Below are positions 1 through 10,346 of a stretch of 42,763 bases of DNA, in pieces. The notes under the pieces are model-generated. The model worked only from the letters and a program-made list of their open reading frames with translations, was not told where the DNA came from and did not search any database. The position numbers and the translations under genes were made by a program. Source of the stretch: Octopus bimaculoides (lineage: Eukaryota); the NCBI RefSeq assembly GCF_001194135.2, contig NC_068986.1:109305012-109347774 (forward strand), given 5' to 3'. The stretch's first letter is position 1. Every line of letters starts with the position of its first letter.

Positions 1-630
1 CAGGTGTCCCCTGTTTTATTTACTCCGCGACTTCGTTAAAACAGTCCTTCCCGCAAAGCAAAGTAAATAAAATTTGAGATTTTTTGCGGAGGGTGAAAGT
101 GGAGACAAAAACATGACAGAGAACAAAACAGTAAAAACAAACGGTGAGGCCTGTGAACCAAGACGATGTGAAGTGATATTGAGAGAGAAAGAGAGAGAGA
201 GAGGGGGGGTGAGGGGGGGGAGTGATAGACAGACCGACAGACAGATAAAGTCAGAAATAGACAGTCAAATCAAGATAGGTGATAGGTGGCAAAATGTAAT
301 AGGTGGCAAAACTAAAGCCTAATGATAGGAGAGGTGACCTGCTTAAAATGGTGGAATCAAAAAAAATTTTTTACTGACCTGGGGAAGGTGAAAATGAGAA
401 GAGGAAGAAGAGGGAAGGAAGATTGCAAATATGTGGCAAAGTTTGTGATGTCAATATGTCTTAATTAATCTTACTTTCCCGCTCCCCCCTCTCTCTCTCA
501 CCATGTTATAAAGTGTTAAAACTGATGAAATTGTCAGACAAAAAAAAAAGGCAAAAAAAAAACCTCAGGAAAGAGTGAATACATGGAGGTGTTAATATAA
601 TCAGGTACACATTATTATTGTTGTTGTTAT

Positions 631-840
631 AAGGCGGCGAGCTGGCAGAATCGTTACCGAGTCAGGAAAAATGTATAGCGGCATTTCGTCCGTCTATACG
701 TTCTGAGTTCAAGTTCTGCCAAGGTCGACTTTGCCTTTCATCCTTCTGGGACCGATAAGTACCAATTGAACACTGGTGTCAATGTATTCGTCTTATTCTC
801 TCCCAAAGATTACTGACTTTGTGCCAACATTTGAAATCAT
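631..840 (+). mobile_element. tRNA-derived SINE, family B (provisional)
   Basis: Head aaggcggcgagctggcagaatcgtt, B-box-like gagttcaagttc, body gtcgactttgcctttcatcc; homologous copies at 7131, 9471, 10021, 21188, 31699. Confidence 0.85.
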
Positions 841-844
841 CATC

Positions 845-985
845 CACCGAGGTCGACTTTGCCCTCCATTCTTTCGAGGTCGATGAAATAAGTACCAGTT
901 ACACACTGGGGTCGATGTAATTGACTAACCCCCTCCCCTAAAATGTCAGGCCTTGTGCCTATAGTAGAAAAGATTATTATTATTA
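845..985 (+). mobile_element. SINE family B, 5'-truncated copy with (ATT)n tail
   Basis: gaggtcgactttgcc...ggggtcgatgtaattgact...ggccttgtgcctatagtagaaaagattatt matches the 3' half of family B. Confidence 0.8.
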
Positions 986-1366
986 TTATTGAGTGAGGGA
1001 GCAGCGCATGCCATCAAAGTGACAATGGAGTACAAGTATACGAAGCCCAGTATACCCATCATGACTACCCGTCTGATAAGGGTACACCAGGCACATGCAA
1101 CGCAACTACATGTGCGTGACATGGTGATCTTATATCAAGATAAACAGCGCATGACCTTGCAGATGGGGCCCAGTTAGAATTTTCTTCGGGTTGAGTAGCC
1201 CACCTCGCTCAAGAAATCCCAGAATAAAATTTGTTTAAGGATGATGAACAAAACACCTGTTTCCAGCGGTATTATCGTTCAAAGAATTCCTCTCAACACA
1301 TCGCTATGAAGCTCCCCCACTACTTCTGCTCGTGATCAGAGAGGCACATATCGTCAGCCACCAAGG
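986..1366 (-). mobile_element. Unclassified interspersed repeat, probable retroposon 3' end with (AAT)n tail
   Basis: Begins directly at an (ATT)n run and runs into a gap; recognised only as a cephalopod-type repeat; single copy in window. Confidence 0.4.
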
Positions 1367-1929
1367 NNNNNNNNNNNNNNNNNNNNNNNNNNNNNNNNNN
1401 NNNNNNNNNNNNNNNNNNNNNNNNNNNNNNNNNNNNNNNNNNNNNNNNNNNNNNNNNNNNNNNNNNNNNNNNNNNNNNNNNNNNNNNNNNNNNNNNNNNN
1501 NNNNNNNNNNNNNNNNNNNNNNNNNNNNNNNNNNNNNNNNNNNNNNNNNNNNNNNNNNNNNNNNNNNNNNNNNNNNNNNNNNNNNNNNNNNNNNNNNNNN
1601 NNNNNNNNNNNNNNNNNNNNNNNNNNNNNNNNNNNNNNNNNNNNNNNNNNNNNNNNNNNNNNNNNNNNNNNNNNNNNNNNNNNNNNNNNNNNNNNNNNNN
1701 NNNNNNNNNNNNNNNNNNNNNNNNNNNNNNNNNNNNNNNNNNNNNNNNNNNNNNNNNNNNNNNNNNNNNNNNNNNNNNNNNNNNNNNNNNNNNNNNNNNN
1801 NNNNNNNNNNNNNNNNNNNNNNNNNNNNNNNNNNNNNNNNNNNNNNNNNNNNNNNNNNNNNNNNNNNNNNNNNNNNNNNNNNNNNNNNNNNNNNNNNNNN
1901 NNNNNNNNNNNNNNNNNNNNNNNNNNNNN

Positions 1930-2027
1930 AGTACTAGGCTTACAAAGAATAAGTCCTGGGGTCGATATGCTCGACTAAATGCGGTGCTCCAGCATGGCCG
2001 CAGTCGAATGACTGAAACAAGTAAAAG
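1930..2027 (+). mobile_element. SINE family A, 3' end
   Basis: agtactaggcttacaaagaataagtcctggggtcgat...gactgaaacaagtaaaaga matches the 3' end of full copies (e.g. 15796-16200). Confidence 0.85.
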
Positions 2028-2078
<51 letters not shown>

Positions 2079-2110
2079 GTTGTTGTTGTTGTTGTTGTTG
2101 TTATTATTAT
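2028..2110. repeat. Compound (ATT)n/(GTT)n microsatellite
   Basis: Seen directly. Confidence 0.95.
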
Positions 2111-2535
2111 TGCATGTAAAAGGCGCCACAAACCTGAAGATATTCGCTCTAATGGCGGTGTTATTCACAACACTAACAGAACAGCAGCTGAAAGCAGAAA
2201 TTTGCTAACAATGACGAGAAATTGGTGCGATGTATGTCAGAAGCAGTAGAAGCCAGAATTTCTGAGAAGAATTGTCTGCAATTGTCCTAATGAAACCGTG
2301 TGATCCTCTCATGCTATTCCAACAATTTTTTTATCAAGATTTCACATAACAGAGAGCAAAAGAAATGAAGAAACTCGTAACGGCATGATATTTGGCAAAT
2401 ATTGCTCATTCGCGGTCTACGTTGACACGATAATATTCATTTATGATTTCAATGAAGACCGTTTGAAGAATGTGACTGAAGTTGATATTAAAGGGCAAAA
2501 TTTAAATGAAGAGTACATGATAACATCATTAATAT
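2105..2535 (+). pseudogene. Degenerate Helitron RepHel fragment (region between Rep and the PIF1 helicase)
   Basis: Frameshifted manual translation: LLHVKGATN-EDIRS-NG...NDEKLVRCMSEAVE...AIVLMKPCDPLMLFQQFF-QDF...YDFNEDRL...LNEE; same motif order as Helitron LLH-V-GxTSFED...NDxxWxxxMxEA...CxPxDPxxL...EDF...YD...LNxEQ. Confidence 0.7.
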
Positions 2536-2539
2536 ACTT

Positions 2540-2585
<46 letters not shown>

Positions 2586-2610
2586 ATAAATGTATGCATA
2601 TGTATATATC

Positions 2611-2663
<53 letters not shown>

Positions 2664-2964
2664 NNNNNNNNNNNNNNNNNNNNNNNNNNNNNNNNNNNNN
2701 NNNNNNNNNNNNNNNNNNNNNNNNNNNNNNNNNNNNNNNNNNNNNNNNNNNNNNNNNNNNNNNNNNNNNNNNNNNNNNNNNNNNNNNNNNNNNNNNNNNN
2801 NNNNNNNNNNNNNNNNNNNNNNNNNNNNNNNNNNNNNNNNNNNNNNNNNNNNNNNNNNNNNNNNNNNNNNNNNNNNNNNNNNNNNNNNNNNNNNNNNNNN
2901 NNNNNNNNNNNNNNNNNNNNNNNNNNNNNNNNNNNNNNNNNNNNNNNNNNNNNNNNNNNNNNNN

Positions 2965-3021
<57 letters not shown>

Positions 3022-3189
3022 TAAAAAAATGATCTTCAGCATGACGGTGACAACTGAATATGTTCCGATTTTATTTGACCTCATCAGCTTCGCAAGGTCA
3101 AAATGTCACCGGAGGTCTCTGATGATGGGAGAAGTATATAAAGGCGTTATTGCTTAAAATAAGGACTGAGACGGTGGGTTGTAGATAAT

Positions 3190-3429
3190 CAGGGTCTCCT
3201 CTTGCATGGAAACTTAACAGTAAAGTGAAAGTTAGCATAATTAATGTCGAGGGCCAATAAATTTTGTGATTAATTGATGAGGAAATAAATTTCCTAAATG
3301 ATTAACTCAAGTTTAGACTGGCAGACGAGACAATTCCTTAGTTTCAATTAACAGAAATTCCTTGGTTTACTGCAGTTTGTATGTTGGCACCCACTTTACT
3401 GTTAAGCTTACCTGCAGCAAGAGTCCCTG
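3190..3429. mobile_element. Putative MITE-like element with degenerate terminal inverted repeats
   Basis: cagggtctcctcttgc...cttaacagtaaagtg (left) versus cactttactgttaag...gcaagagtccctg (right); 15-bp perfect core; no TSD seen. Confidence 0.35.
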
Positions 3430-3471
3430 CGTACTTTTCCCAAGCCAACGCAGTATTCATCAATGTCGCTG

Positions 3472-3840
3472 TTCGAACTGCTAGTAGAAACAGCAGCTAA
3501 ATTTCCCTCAAACTACACCCCCCAAATACCCCACCCAGAGGCACACTAAACTTTAAAATGTTGGGATGGTTATGATAGGAACGTCTTTGATTTTGATTTT
3601 ATTCGTCTATCGTTGACTTCGGATTAAAAAATACTTCATGTAGAAACGAGACAAGAAGGGACCCTTTAGGTATTTCTTGGCGACCTGCTAGAAATACCAG
3701 TTAAACCGCACTTTATAGTTTTAAACAAAGAAGGATACAACGAATAATGTAACTTTAGATAATGTCTAAAAAAAGACGTGATAGCCATGGCTGGAAAAAT
3801 CTTAGTGCCAACTTGACTCAATCAAGGTCGACCAGAAGAA
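3472..3840 (+). mobile_element. Two degenerate copies of retroposon family D (ctgctagaaata.cagc.aaatttccctcaaa... tail)
   Basis: Same motif recurs at ~22190, ~29310 and 38765-38950; the 38765 and 16680-16825 copies end in (AAC)n. Confidence 0.55.
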
Positions 3841-4095
3841 AAGACATATAATCATGGTGGGCCTCGTTAATTTCTCACATGATCCTATCTAAAATTCCCA
3901 AGAGATGACACCCCCAACACCATCCTACCACGACCATCACCACCACCTTCGTTCCATGGTTCGGTCGATGGTGGACAAACGACCTTCGTTCCTACAGTCA
4001 CGCACGCCATTTTTTCACACACCGCTGCCAGATTGTTTTCCGCGTCACTTCAGTTTGATGTCAGCACGCAGCGACGTCTATTGTTTCACTTGTAC

Positions 4096-4134
<39 letters not shown>

Positions 4135-4336
4135 AGTTGTGTGCAAGTAACTATAATGTAATAGAGCCGTCGTATGTCATGGGTCCTTGGCGATCGGGAG
4201 GAGGAGAACGAAAAGGCGAAGCGCAAGGACGCTTTTGCTTACTGGATAAATGCTGAGTCACGGACATGCGTGCGTGCATGCGTGTTTGTGTGTGTGTGTG
4301 TGTGTGTGTGTGNNNNNNNNNNNNNNNNNNNNNNNN

Positions 4337-4387
<51 letters not shown>

Positions 4388-4689
4388 GAGGAAAAGAGAG
4401 AAAGAGAGAGACAGTATTAGGATGGTGGTGACGGAGAGGAAAGACAAATGATGATGCTGGTGATAGAAGACAGAGGGTGAAACTAGAACTAGCAACGTGT
4501 CATAACACACCGCTTTGAGCAGATTTTTATATCATATTTCTGTAAAAGACAAAATGGTCGAGAACAAGGCAGGGTGCAAATATTTTGGCTCGGGGTGGCG
4601 TGTGGCCGACTCATTCCTTACGGTAATAAATGGAATGCACCAGCCTTTCGTGTGGGTCTATACATACATGCGCGCGTGTGTGCGTGTGT

Positions 4690-5111
4690 ATACATACATA
4701 TATACATACATATACACACACATACATACATACATACATACATACGTACGTACGTACGTACATACATACATACATACATACGTACGTACATACATACGTA
4801 CGTACATACATACATACATACATACATACGTACATACATACATACATATGTACGTACGTACATACAAGCATACGCACTTACATGCATACATACATACATA
4901 CATACGAACTTATATACATACATGAACACATACATACATACATACATACATACATGAATACATACGCACTTACATACACACACATATACATACATACATA
5001 CACACATACGCACTTACATACACACATATGCACTTACATACATGCATACATACATACATAATACATACATACATAATACATACATACATACATACAAACA
5101 TACATACGCAC

Positions 5112-5142
<31 letters not shown>

Positions 5143-5180
5143 CATAAATGTATATTACGCACATACACATACACACATTA
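4690..5180. repeat. Long (TACA)n/(TACG)n tetranucleotide array
   Basis: Seen directly; source of the many YIHT/MYVC pseudo-ORFs. Confidence 0.95.
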
Positions 5181-5185
5181 CGTAC

Positions 5186-5345
5186 ATGGTGGCGAATGCC
5201 GAGAGTCGTTAGGGCATGAGCTAGATTGTCTTGCGACAGCTGATGTTGCTCTCCGCGATTTGGGTTCAAGTCTCGCCGAGGCCAACTTTGCTTTAATCTT
5301 TCAGGGGATTGATAAATAAAGTACCAATCCTGAACTGGATCGATT
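5186..5345 (+). mobile_element. Old, diverged SINE family B-like copy
   Basis: gggttcaagtctcgccgaggccaactttgcttt...gataaataaagtacc aligns to the family B body. Confidence 0.55.
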
Positions 5346-5520
5346 CTTATCTGCCTGTCTGTCTGTATGTTGCTCTTCTGGAATAAATCAGTTGTGGTCA
5401 GGCTTTGAGAGGGATCTGCTCTGCCAATCTAAAAATGTCCAAGACAACGACGCGTGTCACGAAGTCATTTCTGCTACTCCATCAACGAGTTGAAAGCCCT
5501 AGAAAAGAAGGATATCACAG

Positions 5521-5567
<47 letters not shown>

Positions 5568-5570
<3 letters not shown>

Positions 5571-5747
5571 CTCTTTTACTCTTTTACTTGTTTCAGTCAT
5601 TTGACTGCGGCCATGCTGGAGCACCGCCTTTTTTAGTCGAGCAAATCGACCCCAGGACTTATTCTTTGGAAGCCTAGTACTTATTCTACCGGTCTCTTTT
5701 GCCGAAACGCTAAGTTACGGGGACGTAAACACACCACCATCGGTTGT
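5568..5747 (-). mobile_element. SINE family A 3' half (likely an assembly duplicate of the start of the 6086-6480 copy)
   Basis: Base-identical, including private variants, to the copy across the 5748-6056 gap. Confidence 0.8.
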
Positions 5748-6056
5748 NNNNNNNNNNNNNNNNNNNNNNNNNNNNNNNNNNNNNNNNNNNNNNNNNNNNN
5801 NNNNNNNNNNNNNNNNNNNNNNNNNNNNNNNNNNNNNNNNNNNNNNNNNNNNNNNNNNNNNNNNNNNNNNNNNNNNNNNNNNNNNNNNNNNNNNNNNNNN
5901 NNNNNNNNNNNNNNNNNNNNNNNNNNNNNNNNNNNNNNNNNNNNNNNNNNNNNNNNNNNNNNNNNNNNNNNNNNNNNNNNNNNNNNNNNNNNNNNNNNNN
6001 NNNNNNNNNNNNNNNNNNNNNNNNNNNNNNNNNNNNNNNNNNNNNNNNNNNNNNNN

Positions 6057-6085
<29 letters not shown>

Positions 6086-6088
<3 letters not shown>

Positions 6089-6480
6089 CTCTTTTACTCT
6101 TTTACTTGTTTCAGTCATTTGACTGCGGCCATGCTGGAGCACCGCCTTTTTTAGTCGAGCAAATCGACCCCAGGACTTATTCTTTGGAAGCCTAGTACTT
6201 ATTCTACCGGTCTCTTTTGCCGAAACGCTAAGTTACGGGGACGTAAACACACCACCATCGGTTGTTAAGCGATGTTGGGGGACAAACACAGACACACAAA
6301 CATATATACATATATACGACGGGCTTCTTTCAGTTTCCGTCTACCAAATCCACTCACAAGGCTTTGGTCGGCCCGAGGCTATAGTAGAAGACACTTGCAC
6401 AAGGTGCCACGCAGTGGGACTGAACCCGGAACCATGTGGTTAGTAAGCAAGCTACTTACCACACAACCACTCCTACGCCT
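6086..6480 (-). mobile_element. Full-length tRNA-derived SINE family A
   Basis: Reverse strand shows a tRNA-like head (A-box tggttgtgtgg, B-box ggttcagtccc), internal CA/TA microsatellite and gtaaaaga tail repeats. Confidence 0.9.
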
Positions 6481-7130
6481 ACAAACATCATTGTAGCAAA
6501 CATCATCTTTATGTTGCGTCAGCACTGGGTAGATTCCGTCCATTCACCAGCTGTGACTTGTTAAGTGGATTTAAATGATAGCTAAGATGAAACTTCAAAT
6601 TAATGATCAAACATGAGCGCTACATACATGCTTTCAAGGGTTTTGGACATTTTCAGCTCCATTTTTAACGACCTGGTTTCTCGTTTGGAACAGTTTCTAT
6701 GATCAGTGGGGAGCACCAGATACGAATGCCGCTCGATAGGAGACGTTCTGACTTGGTACAAATGTAGAAGAGTCACTTCTTCCGAAGAAAAAATAAATAA
6801 ATAAAAACAGTCTTGTGAGGCATATGATGCGAGTGTATATTGCCCCAAATACCAGAAATTGTTTTCCCAAATAAAAGAAATAGAAGTTGATGTTTCCAAA
6901 CATCTTCAAACTGACCAGCCCCAGGTGACATTTTAGATCTACCGCTGTAATTACAGACATGAACCGCATTTGGGTGTGAAAAAACCTTCACAATCGTCAT
7001 GATGTGGAAAAATAGGAACGTGATTCAGAGCCATGTAAATGGTCATGTTGCCAGATTAAACTACCCTGTCTAATGATGAAGACTGAAAATCGTGTATTTT
7101 TAAAGACTTTATCTGACAATATCTAAATAT

Positions 7131-7512
7131 AAAGGCGGTGAGCTGGCAGAAACGTTAGCACACCCGGCGAAATGCTTAGCGGTATTTCGTCTGTCTTTAT
7201 GCTCTGAGTTCAAATTCCGCCGAGGTCGACTTTGCCTTTCATCCTTTCGGGGTCGATAAATTAAGTACTAGTTGCGTACTGGGGTCGATCTAATCGGCTG
7301 GCCGTTCCCGAAAAATTTCGGGCCTTGTGCCTAGAGTAGAAAAGATTATTACAATAGACTTTAAGGCAGCGAGCTGGCAGAATCGTTAACACGCTAGACG
7401 AAATGCTTAGCGACATTTCGCCCGTCGCTACGTTCTGAGTTCAAATTCCTTTTGGGGTTGAAAAATTATGTACCAAATTTCAGGCCTTGTGCCTATAATA
7501 GAAAGGGTTATT
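7131..7512 (+). mobile_element. Two tandem SINE family B copies (7131-7350 full; 7362-7512 internally deleted)
   Basis: Both begin aaggc.g.gagctggcagaa.cgtta and end ggccttgtgccta.a.tagaaa.g.ttatta. Confidence 0.85.
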
Positions 7513-8759
7513 ACATTCACGAATAACTAAAATAACTGAAAGTTCACAAACCCTCTCGCTTTTTACTCAATCTATGTTTCTAGTATAACTTAATAATAAT
7601 TATTAAAAGCTTGCGCTGCAGCTCGTGACAATTCTATTCTGCTGAGTTTGGTGAAGATTACCCCAAAATTGACCCAGTTACACCATTCGCTCAAAAACCT
7701 TGAGAAGAGAAAAAGTATCCCTTTACTTTATTAAAATTCATGCATTTTGTTAAAAGAAATGTTAACGTTACATGTACATATACTTGACGTACCGGCCATG
7801 AAAAGGAGGTTTCGATAACTGTAAAATAAAAGAAAATGAACCATTTGTATTTTGCAGGAGAAGTTTACACAGTAGTACATACATATTAGCACAAATCAAT
7901 ACAATTAACAAGGAAAAGCGAAGCTTGTATTAAGTTCGATGTAAAACTGTGTACGCTTATATTTAATACGTCCGTGTACACTCACACGTGGAAAGATTTT
8001 CGCTGCGGTAAATGTCGCAGAGAAGATATCCCCCTCATAGCCTATGTGTGTCGAAAACACACATCAGTTCTGAATGATGTAATCGGAGTGTAAGACTCGT
8101 TTCTGTGTGTTTATGTCTCATCAGTATCAGAAACCGATTTGGCCGTTGACATGCAGAGACGATGTTATTAAACAAACATGTAAGACGTTCATATAATATT
8201 AGACATCCAGAGACGAGGTGAGACTATCATGTAAGACAGCAATGGACGATGTTGTTAGACTATTGTGCAAAACATCCATATATTAAGCAGACATACTACT
8301 GAATCCGAGGTTTAGTTCTTACCCCGAACATGACTGATCGCTTAGGAATGTAAGGACCATCTGGGGAAGGGTTTATATCGTGCATCACTCGGGTACTGCC
8401 AGTGAGCCATGTGTGTGCGTGTATACAAACGTACATACATACATACATATATGTATAGATATATATATATGTATATACATATATACATCCATCCATGTAT
8501 GTATATATATATATATATACATACAAACATATATATGTATATGTATATATACAGATATGTATATATATATATATATACATACAAACATATATATGTATNN
8601 NNNNNNNNNNNNNNNNNNNNNNNNNNNNNNNNNNNNNNNNNNNNNNNNNNNNNNNNNNNNNNNNNNNNNNNNNNNNNNNNNNNNNNNNNNNNNNNNNNNN
8701 NNNNNNNNNNNNNNNNNNNNNNNNNNNNNNNNNNNNNNNNNNNNNNNNNNNTATATATA

Positions 8760-8795
<36 letters not shown>

Positions 8796-9470
8796 TATAT
8801 ATATAGTGAAAAGCAGTGAGAGGTTTTTGTGCAGATTGTGTTATATAAACAAAAATTGGGTGAAAATGCACAACGTTGAGAGAATTAATGAAATCTTTTT
8901 AGACAAATTAAAGAGACAGAAATAAGTGTAATATTTCACTTAAATATATTAAATTTTTTTAACATACGCATAACCAGTTTCATCCATTCTGGTGTTGGCG
9001 TATACGCGTGTGTGAGTGTGCGTTATATATATATATGTATATGTATATATATATATACATGATGCACATACATATTCACGCACTTACACACATACACTCA
9101 GATGTATATAATATATATTAGTGTGTGTGTGTATGTGTATAAACAAATATAACTTGTTTTCTCATCTGTTGAGGTGTTTGCAAACTGCGAATATCAGAGT
9201 GATTAAATTCACAGCTAAAAATATCCGCCGTTTTACTGTGACTCTTGCAGCCATCCATTCCGCGCCACCCACCCAAAACCATATCGTTCTAAACACATGG
9301 AATGGTATCATTTCCATTACCTTTTGGCTGCACTGCATCACACTCGTCACTTTCGTTTAATTAATGTCACATTTTTCAAGAATTAGACAAACTCAGTTCA
9401 AGAATGACACATTTATTTCTCGCTCTCATTTTATTTGCAAATTTTTTACATCTTCATATTTCTTTACCCG

Positions 9471-9688
9471 AAGGCGACGAGCCGGCAGAGTGGTTACCGC
9501 GTCGGAGAAAATGCTTAGCGGCATATTTTCTGACTTTACGTTCTGAGTTCAAATGCCGCCGAGGTCGACTTCGCTTTTCATCCTTTCGAGATCACTAAGA
9601 CAAGTACCAGTCAGACCCTGGGGTCGATGTAATCGACTTACCCTCTCCCCCGAAATTGCTGGCCTTCTGCCAACATTTGAAAGCAATG
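9471..9688 (+). mobile_element. SINE family B
   Basis: Full head, gagttcaaat B-box, body and tail match other copies. Confidence 0.85.
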
Positions 9689-9766
9689 TTCCTTTCCCAC
9701 CCCCCCTTATTTTGTACAGCTAAAGGGATCGTGCTTAATTTTTCAAGAGTATTAAACGTTTCGAGC

Positions 9767-9960
9767 GGAGGCGCGTGGCTTAGTAGTTAGGGGTGCTGGA
9801 TTCATGATCGTAAGACTGTGGTTTCGATTCCTGGACCGGGTGATGCGTTGTGTTCTTGAGCAAAACACTTCATTTCACGTTGCTCCAGTCCGCTCAGCTG
9901 GCAAAAATGAGTTAATCCTGCGATGGACTGGCGTCCCATCCAGGTGGGGGAATTTATACG
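9767..9960 (+). mobile_element. tRNA-derived SINE family E with CORE-like central domain
   Basis: A-box gtggcttagtagttagg, B-box ggtttcgattcc, then cttgagcaaaacacttcatttcacgttgctccagtcc.ctcagctg, resembling the CORE/V-type domain known from octopus SINEs. Confidence 0.75.
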
Positions 9961-10020
9961 GCATGGCTCGTGAAGGAGACATTTTTATTTGTATTAAATG
10001 TTTAGGGCTTATATTGTTTC

Positions 10021-10228
10021 TTTTCTACTCTAGGCACAAGGCCCAAAATTTTGGGGGATGGGGCCAGTCGATCAGATCGACCCCAGTACGCAACTGGTAC
10101 TTAATTTATCGACCCCGAAAGGATGAAAGGCAAAGTCGACCTCGGCGGAATTTGAAATCAAGACGTAAAGGCAGACGAAATACGGCTAAGCATTTCGCCC
10201 GGTGTGCTAACGATCTGCTAGCTCACCG
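10021..10228 (-). mobile_element. SINE family B
   Basis: Reverse complement of family B, near full length. Confidence 0.85.
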
Positions 10229-10250
10229 TTTTGGGGGTTATATTGTATTA

Positions 10251-10346
10251 GAATCGTTAGCACGCCAGACAAAATGTTTAGCGACCATTGGTCTGTCCTT
10301 ACGTTCTCAGTTCAAATTTAGCCGGGGTCGACTTTGCTTTTCATCC
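10251..10346 (+). mobile_element. SINE family B 5' half, truncated at the Helitron junction
   Basis: gaatcgttagcacgcc...gtcgactttgcttttcatcc, then an abrupt switch to Helitron coding sequence. Confidence 0.8.

Noticed and set aside
5568-6260. Apparent tandem duplication of a SINE-A half
   Set aside because: Copies are base-identical on either side of a gap and both follow a (TA)n run; most likely a scaffolding overlap artefact
7975-8095. HTWKDFRCGKC as a C2H2 zinc finger
   Set aside because: The linker is not TGEKP-like and His spacing is wrong
8150-8300. Degenerate repeats of gacgatgtt/catgtaagac
   Set aside because: Too decayed to define a unit or boundaries
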